A stretch of DNA of 64,000 nt from Macrostomum lignano (lineage: Eukaryota): assembly GCA_002269645.1 (NCBI GenBank), contig NIVC01000491.1, positions 248,001 to 312,000 on the forward strand. Reading direction: 5' to 3'. The position numbers and the translations under genes are program-made. The notes below the pieces were generated by a model that was given only the letters and a program-made list of their open reading frames with translations, searched no databases and was not told where the DNA came from. Each line of letters begins with the position of its first letter. Position 1 is the first letter of the stretch. Shown here in pieces: positions 33,937 to 44,391 of the stretch.

Positions 33937-36048
33937 CTAAGACTCGTACCTGAGCTCGGGATCTGCTTCAGCCGTCGCAACTCGCTCCGCTCGAGAACTG
34001 CGCCAGAGACCGGGGCTCAGCGCGAGCGACGCCTGCTCAAGCAACCGGGCCGCCGTTGACTCATTGAGGCAGGCCCTGCGCAGATCTTCCGGCTGCGCCT
34101 TGGCCCGGCCGAAGTAGCGCAGCAGAAACAGCAGCATGTGGCGGGGATGCGTCAGGCAGCGCGACAGCGGGTCGCTCAGCAGCTGCCAGGACCCCGGCAT
34201 ATGGTGAGCTCGAAACTGAAAGTCGTGCCTCAGCGCTGCCAGAGTGGCCGTTTTGAGCAGGGTCATGACGATCGGGTTGCTGGAGGCACCGCGGTTGATG
34301 GTGCCGACCGCCGCGCTGCTGTCGACGTAGCAGGCCACCTTGCCGCCGGCCAGCTGCTCCTGGAACAGAATGATGGCGAGCAGCGGCAGTACCGTCTCCT
34401 TGGCGTTGATGTGCTCGCTCAGGAAGATGCCACCGGCGTCACTGCAGAAGTCGACGAGGCGGAACTCGCGCTGGCCATCAGAGGTGCTCAGGATCATGCC
34501 ACCGGCACTGACGCAGGCGTCCGTCTCGACCGCTGCCAGCATTCGTGCACGCCGCCACAGCTTGTCGGTCGGGAACACTGGGATTGCATGCTGCCAGAAC
34601 TGCAACTGGGCCAGTAGCTCGCCGCGCACCGGTACTCGATGATGCTGCTCAGGAATAGCGATGGTTATCTCCAGAAGCGCGCGAAGCAGGGCCTTTGCAG
34701 GTTTGGCCACTTTGCAGAACCAGTTCAGTTTGCCGACTAGGTGCTGAAGGCGACGTTTTTGCAGGCTCTTCGAGTTGGCGCAGTCCTGGAGAAGTTCTCG
34801 AAGGCCGTCCATCTTCTCGGCGGGCAGTGACAGCAGGCCAGTCAATGTGTCGATCTGCACACCCAGGAAAGTGACCGAAGTGGCTGGGCTCTGCGTCTTG
34901 GCCCAGTTGATCTCAAAGCCGAGGCGCTGCAGGGTGGCCAGCAGAAAATTGTGCAGCTGCAGGCAGACCTCGTAGTCCTGGGCAGCTATGCAGAAATCGT
35001 CGAGGTATGCGATGACGACGAATTTGGACAGATGCGAGAATTGCCTGTACATGAAGCGCTTGACAGCTTGCGTTAGGCGGTGGAAAATGTTGACTGATGC
35101 CGCCGCACCGAATGGGAGTCGCGTGTCAACCAGATAGGTGGGCTGACCGTCCAGCTCGAACGTCCACCGGAGCCCCGTCGCCTTATAGCAGTCTGGGTGC
35201 ACCTGAACACTTCGGTAGGCGTGGCGTAGGTCGACCTTGCTGATGAACCAGCTTGGTGCCAGCTGCCTGGTGAGATCCTCGACATTAGCAAACTTCATCT
35301 TCTGGCGGGGCTTGTACAGATCGTTGAGGCTGTTGCCCTGTGGCGCGGACGCGTCGTGAATCAAGCGGATGGCGCCGTCTGCCTTCGGGACGGCGCCCAG
35401 TGGGCTGATGATGGTCGGCCTGGCGATGCCCAAGTCAGTTGCGCGGATGTACCGGCCAGCCACGACCTCCTCTCTGATCTGCAGCTCAACGGCATTCCGA
35501 TTTGCCTCGCAGCAGGCGGATGCATGATTTTCGAGCTGGGATTCGCTGGTCGGAGCCGCGTCGGTGATGCGAAAGCCATCGCGAATTCCCGCGATCAGAA
35601 ACTCCGCGTCCGAGTCTCCGAGCAGGACTGGTGTCCAAGCAGCAGTTAACAGCGGCCAACGTTTTCGAAGTGCAGCCACCGGGCCGGCAACAGGGCCGGC
35701 AGCAGCGCCGGCAGCAGGGCCGGCAGCAGGGCCGGCGGCTGGGCCGGAAGCAGGGCCGGCAGCAGGACCGGCAGCAGGGCCGGCGGCTGGGCCGGCAGCA
35801 GGACCGGCAGCAGGGCCGGCAGCAGGGCCGGCGGCAGGGCGAGCGGCAGGGCGAGCGGCAGGGCGAGCGGCAGGGCGAGTGGCAGGTCGAGCGGCAGAGC
35901 GAGCGGCAAGGCGAGTGGCAGGGCGAGCGGCAGGGCCAGTGGCAGTGCGAGCAGCTGTCTCGCATGGAATTAAAATTTTGGACTGTCTATCAGACGCCGT
36001 CCGCTTAGGGCTAAAACTGGTGCCGCCGCGACCCGCCTCTTTGCTCAG
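33937..36048 (-). CDS. DIRS/Ngaro-type reverse transcriptase + RNase H (pol), probably made as gag-pol by -1 frameshift
   Basis: ISPLGAVPK, RLIHDAS, KVDLRHAY, RLPFG, YLDD, FLGVQID; RNase H TDA...HINAKE...VDSSAAV...HMPG..LSDPLSR; frame open upstream through the AAGP repeat to 36156. Confidence 0.88.
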   Translation of the reverse strand: MSKEAGRGGTSFSPKRTASDRQSKILIPCETAARTATGPAARPATRLAARSAARPATRPAARPAARPAARPAAGPAAGPAAGPAAGPAAGPAAGPAAGPASGPAAGPAAGPAAGAAAGPVAGPVAALRKRWPLLTAAWTPVLLGDSDAEFLIAGIRDGFRITDAAPTSESQLENHASACCEANRNAVELQIREEVVAGRYIRATDLGIARPTIISPLGAVPKADGAIRLIHDASAPQGNSLNDLYKPRQKMKFANVEDLTRQLAPSWFISKVDLRHAYRSVQVHPDCYKATGLRWTFELDGQPTYLVDTRLPFGAAASVNIFHRLTQAVKRFMYRQFSHLSKFVVIAYLDDFCIAAQDYEVCLQLHNFLLATLQRLGFEINWAKTQSPATSVTFLGVQIDTLTGLLSLPAEKMDGLRELLQDCANSKSLQKRRLQHLVGKLNWFCKVAKPAKALLRALLEITIAIPEQHHRVPVRGELLAQLQFWQHAIPVFPTDKLWRRARMLAAVETDACVSAGGMILSTSDGQREFRLVDFCSDAGGIFLSEHINAKETVLPLLAIILFQEQLAGGKVACYVDSSAAVGTINRGASSNPIVMTLLKTATLAALRHDFQFRAHHMPGSWQLLSDPLSRCLTHPRHMLLFLLRYFGRAKAQPEDLRRACLNESTAARLLEQASLALSPGLWRSSRAERVATAEADPELRYES

Positions 36049-37024
36049 TTTTTTGATTCGGCAGCCACCGAGCTGTGTTGCAGCTTTGAGTGGCTCCCTT
36101 CGCAGATGCGGCAGATGTGGGCGAAATTGCAGGTGTGTCTGTGACAGCCTTTGTTGCTATTGAACAGGCCGCAGATGACCTGTCCAGCGGATGACAGCTG
36201 GCCCCTGCTACGGTGACCCTGGACTCCTTGACCGACCGCGACTGGGCCAGCAGCTCGCAGGTTTTTGGGCGCCGTCATATGCTTGATGATGAGGTTCAGA
36301 TCGGGGCTGTCCCAGTCGCGCTGTCGCGAGTGCTGCTGCAGCCTCATGTCCTGGTCGTACTGGAGCACCACCTTCCAGTCGTAGCCAGCATCGATCAGCT
36401 CGCCGATGTGGATGTTAAAGTTGAGGTAGGCGTTCAGACTCTTGCAGTCGGGCTGTCCATCCGTACCGGGTGCCACCAGCTGGCCGGTCTCCAGCAGTCG
36501 CTGCATGATCCGCGCGTTGGCAGCCACCCACTGGCCGAAGTTGACTCCGGACAGGCTCGGCGTTGCGCCTTTCAGAGTCAGGCGACCACGATCCTGTGTC
36601 AGCCATCCTCCCGACTGCTGCCTCTCGTCCAGAAATTCCGGGATGAGCAGCGCTGATGGCGGCCGCTGGGCTCCGGCCGAATCAAACCTCGGTTGTCGGC
36701 TCTGGTCCCCGAACAGGCTGGCGTAGATGTCCGGCCCTCCTCTGGCCAGCGGGGGCGATGCGGCGCCACTGCGGATCGACTGCACTTCATCCCGCAACTG
36801 GGCCTCAGCCTTCTGCAGTTTAAGCAGCTCGATCCTCTTCTGAGTCTGCCGAATCTGCGCTTCTGTGGCCTCCTCCGCTGGCGCAGCCCGGCGCACGTCA
36901 TCCTCGTCCTGGTCGTCGTCACCGTCGTCATCGCTGGGAGCTCGTTCGGCCTGGCTTGCAGCGAGCAGGCGGCCTATCAGCTCTTCTTTATTGCCACTTG
37001 TAGGTAAGGCCTTCTCGCGTAAGG
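36045..37024 (-). CDS. gag-like protein, 3' part (SAP remainder, acidic tract, C-terminal CCCH/CCHH zinc fingers); 5' part at 47175-47130
   Basis: ICGLFNSNKGCHRHTCNFAHICRICEGSH; frame open from 37024 to the stop at 36045. Confidence 0.8.
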
Positions 37025-37030
37025 CATCTT

Positions 37031-37979
37031 ACTACTAAGGGCCGGCAGATCCGCCGACTCTGGAGGTGAGGTGGGTGTCAACCCTCCTCGCCTCTCATTG
37101 GCTGGCGCCCCGATCACTAGGTGATCGATACCCGTATCGATATCGGCGCTCGGCGCGCGCGCGCCGCAGGCACGTGGCGCCAAGCGCCGTCCAGCCGCAG
37201 GCGACCCTCCCCAGCCACCGGCGACCCTCCCCAGCCGCAGGCGCACCTACCGATATGTATGCTCACCCTACCGACATGTACCCCGATATGTATGCCCTCC
37301 CGAGCCGCAGGCGCACCCTCCCTCCAGAGCAGCAGGCGCCCATGCTGCAGGCGCCCCATGCTGCAAGCACCCCGAGTGTACACTCTCCCAAGCCGCAGGC
37401 ACCCGAGTGTACACTCTCCCATGCCGCAGGCACCCCGAGTGTACACTCTCCCCAGTACGGGTGTACACTCTACCACTCTCCCGATATGTATGCATACACA
37501 GATATCTAGTCAGCGATATTAGGCTAGTGAAAACTACTTATAGTAGATGAAATTGCGTATATTTACATAAAAAGTAGATAAAACATATTGGTAGGTGTGA
37601 ATAATGACGCATAATGCATATTAAAATGTACATATTGGAGCATATGAGCAGCAAAAACACACAATGTAGGTGCATGGGCAGAAATAGACAAAGCAGGTAC
37701 TGTAGGCGCTACATAGGTGGAAATACACACAGCAGGTTTACAAAGTGTACTTTCGATACATATCGGATTAATGTATAAAGCAGGTTTACAAGGCATGCAT
37801 AAGGTGTAGTTGTATAATGCAGGTGCGCATGTATAATCCGATTATAGGCAAACGCCCAGGTGCAATTTCAACAGACGCGTAAATAATGTCACACCGACTA
37901 AAGAGTAAATATTGTCTAACCAGCAGGTGCATAAAAATTTTAAACAAAAGCGGTTCGGGGAAATACCAAAAGGGAGGTT
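37031..37979. repeat. Left terminal inverted repeat (949 bp)
   Basis: Reverse complement of 46182-47129 with only a few mismatches and one indel seen. Confidence 0.95.
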
Positions 37980-38233
37980 TTAGCCGCCCGTTTTCGCCAC
38001 CACCGCCGCCCTAACCCTCTTATGGGTACAATTGCGTTGAAAGTATTTCGGGTCATTAGGTTGTAATGACCTCCATATTTTAGGTGGGTGGACTCGAGCC
38101 CGGGGCCAGCCCATTACAGTTTTTTGGGCCGGCCCCTCTGCCAATTTCCTCCCTAGGAGCGAGCTATCAGAATTGGTCTTTTAACCCCCGTGTATACACA
38201 CATAGAGGCCCCCCAGCTAGCGCCCATTCTAAC

Positions 38234-39310
38234 CTACCCAGTGTACAGTGTTGGGTTCCCCAAACCGCGTACAAAGAGAAAAACCCTTATCAGTCAATCT
38301 CCATACGCTCCCTCAGGGCTGTCTCGTACGCGGCCTCTTCCTCCACGCTCTCGAAGCAGTAGTCGGATGACTGGCAATGTGGAAATTATAACAGTCAATG
38401 TAGATAGAATATATGCAAGGTATATGATTAGATGAGTTGTGTATATAATGTAATATCTTACCAAATCTAAATCGTCCTCCAGCCGCCACAGACGTAGAGA
38501 CGCTGTATAGCGCACCAACGAAAGGTGCTCCTCCCAGTTGGAGGGACAGATAGCTGCGGCGGGCTCATCCCACGCGGTTGGCCGCGCTCCCGGACCGGCC
38601 AGGTACGCCTCAGAGTCGGGGGCATACGAATTGCGCCCCATCAACCAGTCCTGGTGCAGAGTCTCAGCCTCCAGCACCTCCCGTAGGCCGGCACCCCTCG
38701 CAACCAAAGTATCAAGAACCCGATTAAAGGCTCTGACAAAGGTGGCTTGGGAGGGCAGCCCGCCTGGGTGGCGAGACCTCAACCAGTCAATGTCCCCGCG
38801 GAAAAATGAGGCCACAATGCGGGGAAAGCGCTCACGAACCACGGCGATCTCCTCAGACATATCCTCGTCCTCGTCGTCGAAGAGAAGGAGCGTAGCGGCT
38901 GATGATATTGAGGCCCGGTGGGAGGTAGTTGAAGCAGCAGCAGAGACGGGCGTAGTAGAGGCGGCAGCAGCAGAGACGGGCGCAGCAGAGGCAGGGCCGG
39001 TTGTGGTCAGCTCCTCAACAGAGACGTCAAAGAGGGCGGCTGAGGCGGTAGTCAAATCGGAGGCAGTAGCAGCAGGGGCGCCGTTCACAACCCCGCCGAT
39101 AGCCAGCAGCGGGAGGTCAAAAACTTCAGACTCGGTGTCGCTATCATAGGACATAGCCCAAGCTAGATATTGATCAGCCTCCCAATTATCACTTCCGTTG
39201 TTTTCAGTGCCTAGGGGAACTATGTGTTCTGGGATATCCCCGTCGAGGCTGGTTAACTCTTCAGTCGGGCGATTATTATCCCAGAGGTTGGATAGAGCTC
39301 GGCGGGACAT
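38234..39310 (-). CDS. Orphan acidic/Ala-rich protein of the element; probably 2 exons (39310-38462 and 38367-~38227)
   Basis: 338-aa ORF with its own TATATAA (~39380-39387) and CCAAT; TTG|gtaag donor and ttgccag acceptor suggest a spliced 3' end; no family recognised. Confidence 0.55.
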
Positions 39311-39424
39311 GCTAGAATCAACAGAGAGTAAAGTATTAGAGCTGAGATAGGGTTTGACTCTCTGGAGAGGGGAAACACTAATTATATAGACGGATCGAGT
39401 GAGGCGGTGTGAGCCAATAGGAAA

Positions 39425-39958
39425 CTAGCAGTCCCAACCCTCGTTAAACAGATTTTCCCAGGGCGGAGATTGGTAGGGTTTGAGACCCACGAGCTGAAGA
39501 ACATCCACCTCAGTCCCGGCTACCGGAGGCGTGTCTGTCTTGACTCGCTTGGCTGGAGGGGGTGCCTCAGGTGCCGGCTTGAAGAGCTTGTCCAAATGGG
39601 CGGCAAACAGCCTGCGCCACAGTTCAGGCGTGAATTCGATCGTGTAGCGCCAATTAAACTTTGGTTCCCGATTGAGCCAATTGCGCAGCAAACGGATCCT
39701 CCCTCGCGAAGCTTCAACTGCCTTGAAATTGCCCAACAGGACCCGCTTGTTCACGTGAAGGCGGGCAGCAGCCTCCAGGTCAGGGCGCGCAGCTTCGAGC
39801 TTCTTCCACTCTGGCTCGGCCAAGTAGATTGCAGGGAAGCCGTCCTTCCACACTCCAGCCTCGTTGGTGTAGAGACGCCGAATTTCAATCAAGTTGTGTT
39901 CAGTTTCAAATGTGGGCTTCCGCGCCACAAAGTTTTCGTATAGAGAGATAGAAGACAT
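39425..39958 (-). CDS. Tandem PC4-like ssDNA-binding protein candidate (177 aa)
   Basis: IEIRRLY..EAG.WK.G..AIYLAEPEWKKL resembles the PC4 consensus DIR.Y...G...P.KGISL..EQW..L; second weaker copy RLLRNW...YTIEFTPELWRRL; NLS-like PAKRVK; TATA at ~40008-40013. Confidence 0.6.
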   Translation of the reverse strand: MSSISLYENFVARKPTFETEHNLIEIRRLYTNEAGVWKDGFPAIYLAEPEWKKLEAARPDLEAAARLHVNKRVLLGNFKAVEASRGRIRLLRNWLNREPKFNWRYTIEFTPELWRRLFAAHLDKLFKPAPEAPPPAKRVKTDTPPVAGTEVDVLQLVGLKPYQSPPWENLFNEGWDC

Positions 39959-40202
39959 GATTTAGCAGCAGCAGCAGCAGAGAGCTCTCTGACAGCCGTG
40001 CAGCGCCTTATATACCCCCGGATGGAGGGTGGGGTGGGTGGTGATTTTGGGGGTGATTTTTGATGATTTTGGTTGGTTTTTGGCGATTTATCCAATAACA
40101 GGCGAGCTGAGCAGATTTTTTAGTATATATACAGACCCCCAGAGCCAGGGTAGAGAGATAATCCTTCTCTCCGCTCGCTCTCTCACACTCTCTGTTTGCA
40201 AA

Positions 40203-43200
40203 ATGGCTAAACGCAGCGCCGCAGCAACTGCTTTCCAGGCTGACAAGAGGCAACGTCTTTATGGTAAGTTTTAATTAATTTCTGTCTAGACTGTAGTTGC
40301 TAGGGTGGGGGTAGGGGCTGAGCAGCAGCAGCAGCTGCAGGGTCTGTGGGACCGCAGAGTAAACAACAAAGACTGGGACTGCTGCGACAGCTGCAGGGGT
40401 CTAGACTGGAGTTGCTAGGGTGGGGTGCTGCGGCAGCTGCAGGGGTTTAGCCAAGACAGACTGGGGCTGCAGATAGGGTGGTGTCTAGACAGGCTGCAGC
40501 AGGGGTGCAGATAAGAAATTGCAGCAAAAACAGAGAGTAGCTGCGGCTGGGTGGCAGAGTAAACAACAAAGACTGGGACTGCTGCGACAGCTGCAGGGGT
40601 CTAGACTGGAGTTGCTAGGGTGGGGTGCTGCGGCAGGGTCTGTAACAGAGAGTTGCAGGGGAGGGCTAGACAAGTTTCAGCCGGGTTAGCAGCAGCTGCA
40701 GGGTCTGTGGGACCGCAGAGTAAACAACAAAGACTGGGACTGCTGCGACAGCTGCAGGGGTCTAGACTGGAGTTGCTAGGGTGGGGTGCTGCGGCAGCTG
40801 CAGGGGTTTAGCCAAGACAGACTGGGGCTGCAGATAGGGTGGTGTCTAGACAGGCTGCAGCAGGGGTGCAGATAAGAAATTGCAGCAAAAACAGAGAGTA
40901 GCTGCGGCTGGGTGGCAGAGTAAACAACAAAGACTGGGACTGCTGCGACAGCTGCAGGGGTCTAGACTGGAGTTGCTAGGGTGGGGTGCTGCGGCAGGGT
41001 CTGTAACAGAGAGTTGCAGGGGAGGGCTAGACAAGTTTCAGCCGGGTTAGCAGCAGCTGCAGGGTCTGTGGGACAGCAGTCTAGACTGGGGCCTCGGGTG
41101 GGGTGTTGTCTAGACAGGGAGGGTGTGCTGATAAGAAATTGCTGCAAAAACAGACAGTTGCTAGGGTGCTGCGGCAGATAAGAAATTGCTGCAAAAACAG
41201 ATAATCGTTGGGGCTGGCTAGACAGGCTGCAGCTAGGTGCAAATTGCTGCGACAGAGAGTTGCAGGGGTGAGTAAACAAAGACTGCTGCGACAGGCTGCA
41301 GCGGGGGTGCAGATAAGAAATTGCAGAGAGTTGCTGCGGGGACAGCAGAGTAAACTCTGTTAAGAAATTGCTGGGGCTAGGGCGGGGAAACACGCTGGGG
41401 CCAGGAAAATGACAGATTCTTCTGGTTTTTTATCTCCTTGTGTTTTTTCAGACGCGTTTGTTCCGCCTGCTCAACCTGAATCTGTTACCGGACCGGGTGA
41501 GTTATCTAGCCCCCATTCCTCAGACAGACCCACGGGCTGACTCACACTCCCCCATTCCCCCCATGCAGGTTTTACGGCCCGGCTGGATAATCAGCGCGAC
41601 CTCCCCAAGTTTAGGGCAAAGGGCGTTGAATATGTTGTAAAGCTAGATGACACCGAAGATTTACGCGAGACATTTGCCAGTTTGCTCGATGTCTTTAAGC
41701 AAGATTTGGCTGGTGATGACTTTATGGCGGCTAAATTCGAGAGTGATAATATGCTCAAAGCAGCCCACACTCCCCCGGTACGCGCAGCCCGCATGACAGC
41801 AGAGTTGTTGTTTAAGCACATTGACAAGATTGTGCAGTCAGACGCAAGCGTACTGTCGAGCAACTTTTCTATCCGGTTGCTAAAGGCCTGGGTGCCTCGA
41901 GGTGGCTGTGCTCTCGAGAACAAACATCTAGAGGAGCGCCACACCTTCTCCAAGCACTATGTCCGCATCACCAACTCGGACAAGAGATGCCTGCTGCGCG
42001 CTCTGGTCGTGGCCTGCGCCTACCTGCAATTTGTGGTCAAGTCCATCACCGAGCAGGTGTGGCGTACAATCAAGGCCAATTCGCCTGCCCAGACTAAGCT
42101 GGTGGCGGAGCTGCAAATCGAAGCGGGCCTCTACTCGGTAAGTTTCTAGTATTTTTCCTGATAATAATTTTTACACAGTCCTGGAATACTAAAAGAATTT
42201 ACACAGTATCAGGGAATACTAAAAGAATTTTTACACAGTATCGTGGAATACTAAAAGATATATTTTCTGATAAGAATTTTTACACAGTATCGTGGAATAC
42301 TAAAAGATATATTTTCTGATAAGAATTTTTACGCAGTATCATGGAATACTAAAAGAATTTTACATAGTATCAGGGAATACTAAAAGAAATATTTTACCCC
42401 CCACACAGACTCTTCAAACCGTCTCGCAGGCCGGTCCTTTTGGGGTGGATGCACTGCCCGAAGCGATCCGTGCCCTGAACCGGCTGCATCCAGGCCACGA
42501 TTTCGGTGTACGCGTGTACCGCGCAGAGGAGGCCAACAGGTGCATCTTCAACCTGCCTGGCACCGAGATTCTGCACCTCCACCTGGTCGAGCAGCACTTT
42601 AATGTGGTTACCAAGCTGCCTGCGTTTTTCGGCTCCGATCACTACTGCCCCAAGTGCGAGATGGCCTATGATTGCAGCAACGCCAAGCACAAGTGTGCTG
42701 ACGCCTGTAGCACCTGCAAGACTCCGGGCTCCAACTGTAAGGCAAACCGCGCATATGTAAGATGCCATGATTGCGGGCTAAATTGCTATAATGCTCAGTG
42801 CCTAGAAAATCACAAGCGCAAGAATAAGGCCGGCAGATCGCGCTGTGATTCGGTCCACGTTTGCGGCACGTGTGGTTATCTAGAAGAACTAAAAGTAGGC
42901 CAGCCCCCTGAGCATCAGTGCGGTTACGCCAAGTGTCCAGTCTGCAAGCAGTACGCCGAAACGGCCACCCACGAGTGCTTTGTCACCCCGCCAAAAGCCA
43001 AAGAGTCTAGCGCCCCGTATGTTTACTATGATTTCGAGACGTACTTGGACTCTGGCAAGCAGCACCGGGTACACTTGGTTACGGCTGCCACCTCCTGCGA
43101 GGCGTGTCCCAAACTCTTCCCCAGGCCCCGCTGCAGCGTGTGCGGGGGACTACACAGCTCAGCCAATTGCATTGCGGGACGCGATTTGGCACTCGATTTC

Positions 43201-44356
43201 ACGAGCTGTGTCTCGCACAATGACTGTGCCTGTGGGATGCGAGAGTTTGTATCTGTCGGGCCGCACTCTATCGATGCCTTTTACTGCTGGCTGACTAGTG
43301 TGTTCAAGCAGGGGGCAATTGCTATTGCGCACAATGGCTCCGCGTATGACGCATTCCTCCTGCTCGGCGCCCTACTCAACGGACTGGCCAAGAAGAAGCC
43401 GCAGGTGATCTTCCAGAACAGCCGCCTAATGTACATGAAGTGCGACAAGATCACCTTCAAGGACAGCCTCAATTTCATCCCTATTGGTCTGGCGCAATTC
43501 CCAAAGGCGCTTGGTTTGGGCACCCAACTGACCAAAGGAGATTTCCCGCACGTGTTTAACCAGCCGGAAAACTGGGGGTACGTGGGACCCTACTGCTCAA
43601 TTGATATGTATGGAGGAAAGAAAAACAAGCAGCATGACTCCATCGCCGACTGGCTGGCCAAGCAGGAGGGACAGGTGTTTAATTTCAATAAGGAGTACCT
43701 GGACTACTGCCTGCAGGACACGTTAATTTTGCGGGAAGGCTGTCTAAAGTATGCCCGCCTGATTAAGGACATTTGCGGACTGGACGCATTTGTTCAATCC
43801 AACACCATTGCGGGCTTGGCCATGGCAGTATTCACCACCAAGTTTATGGAGCCCAACACTCTTGGGGTGATTTCCCGCCGGTCCGATGTACAGTCGCACA
43901 AGGCGCGGTGCTGGCTTGCGCATTTGAATGCAACCGAGTTTGGCGGCCGGTTGCGGACAGCGGACTCGGGCGGCGAGGCTTTCGCCATGGGCCGTAAGGT
44001 CGACGGCTTCGACCCAGAGACCAGGACAGTGCTGCAGTTTCACGGCTGTTTCTTCCATGGCTGTCCCAAGTGCTTCCCCAACGGTGACGTGCTGCACCCG
44101 CTCAAGAACCAGCCAATGCGGGCGATTTATGAAGAGACTGAGCGCTTCAGCCGGCTGCTCTCCACTGCATACAATGTACGTGTCATGTGGGAGCACGACT
44201 ATCAGGGCGAGGGAGCGCCAGTCCAGCAGCCCATCCGCCTGGAGGAAGCCCTGTTTGGCGGTCGCACCGAGGCTTTTGTCCCGCACGCCGAGGCCACCGA
44301 GACTGTAGAGCTGCGCTATCGGGATGTGGTAAGTTTTTTCAAAATTTCTTATGTAC

Positions 44357-44391
<35 letters not shown>

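Noticed and set aside
37066-37796. ORFs inside the TIRs, mirrored at 46365-47138
   Set aside because: GC-rich repeat sequence open in many frames on both strands with no motifs; mirror copies simply reflect the TIR.
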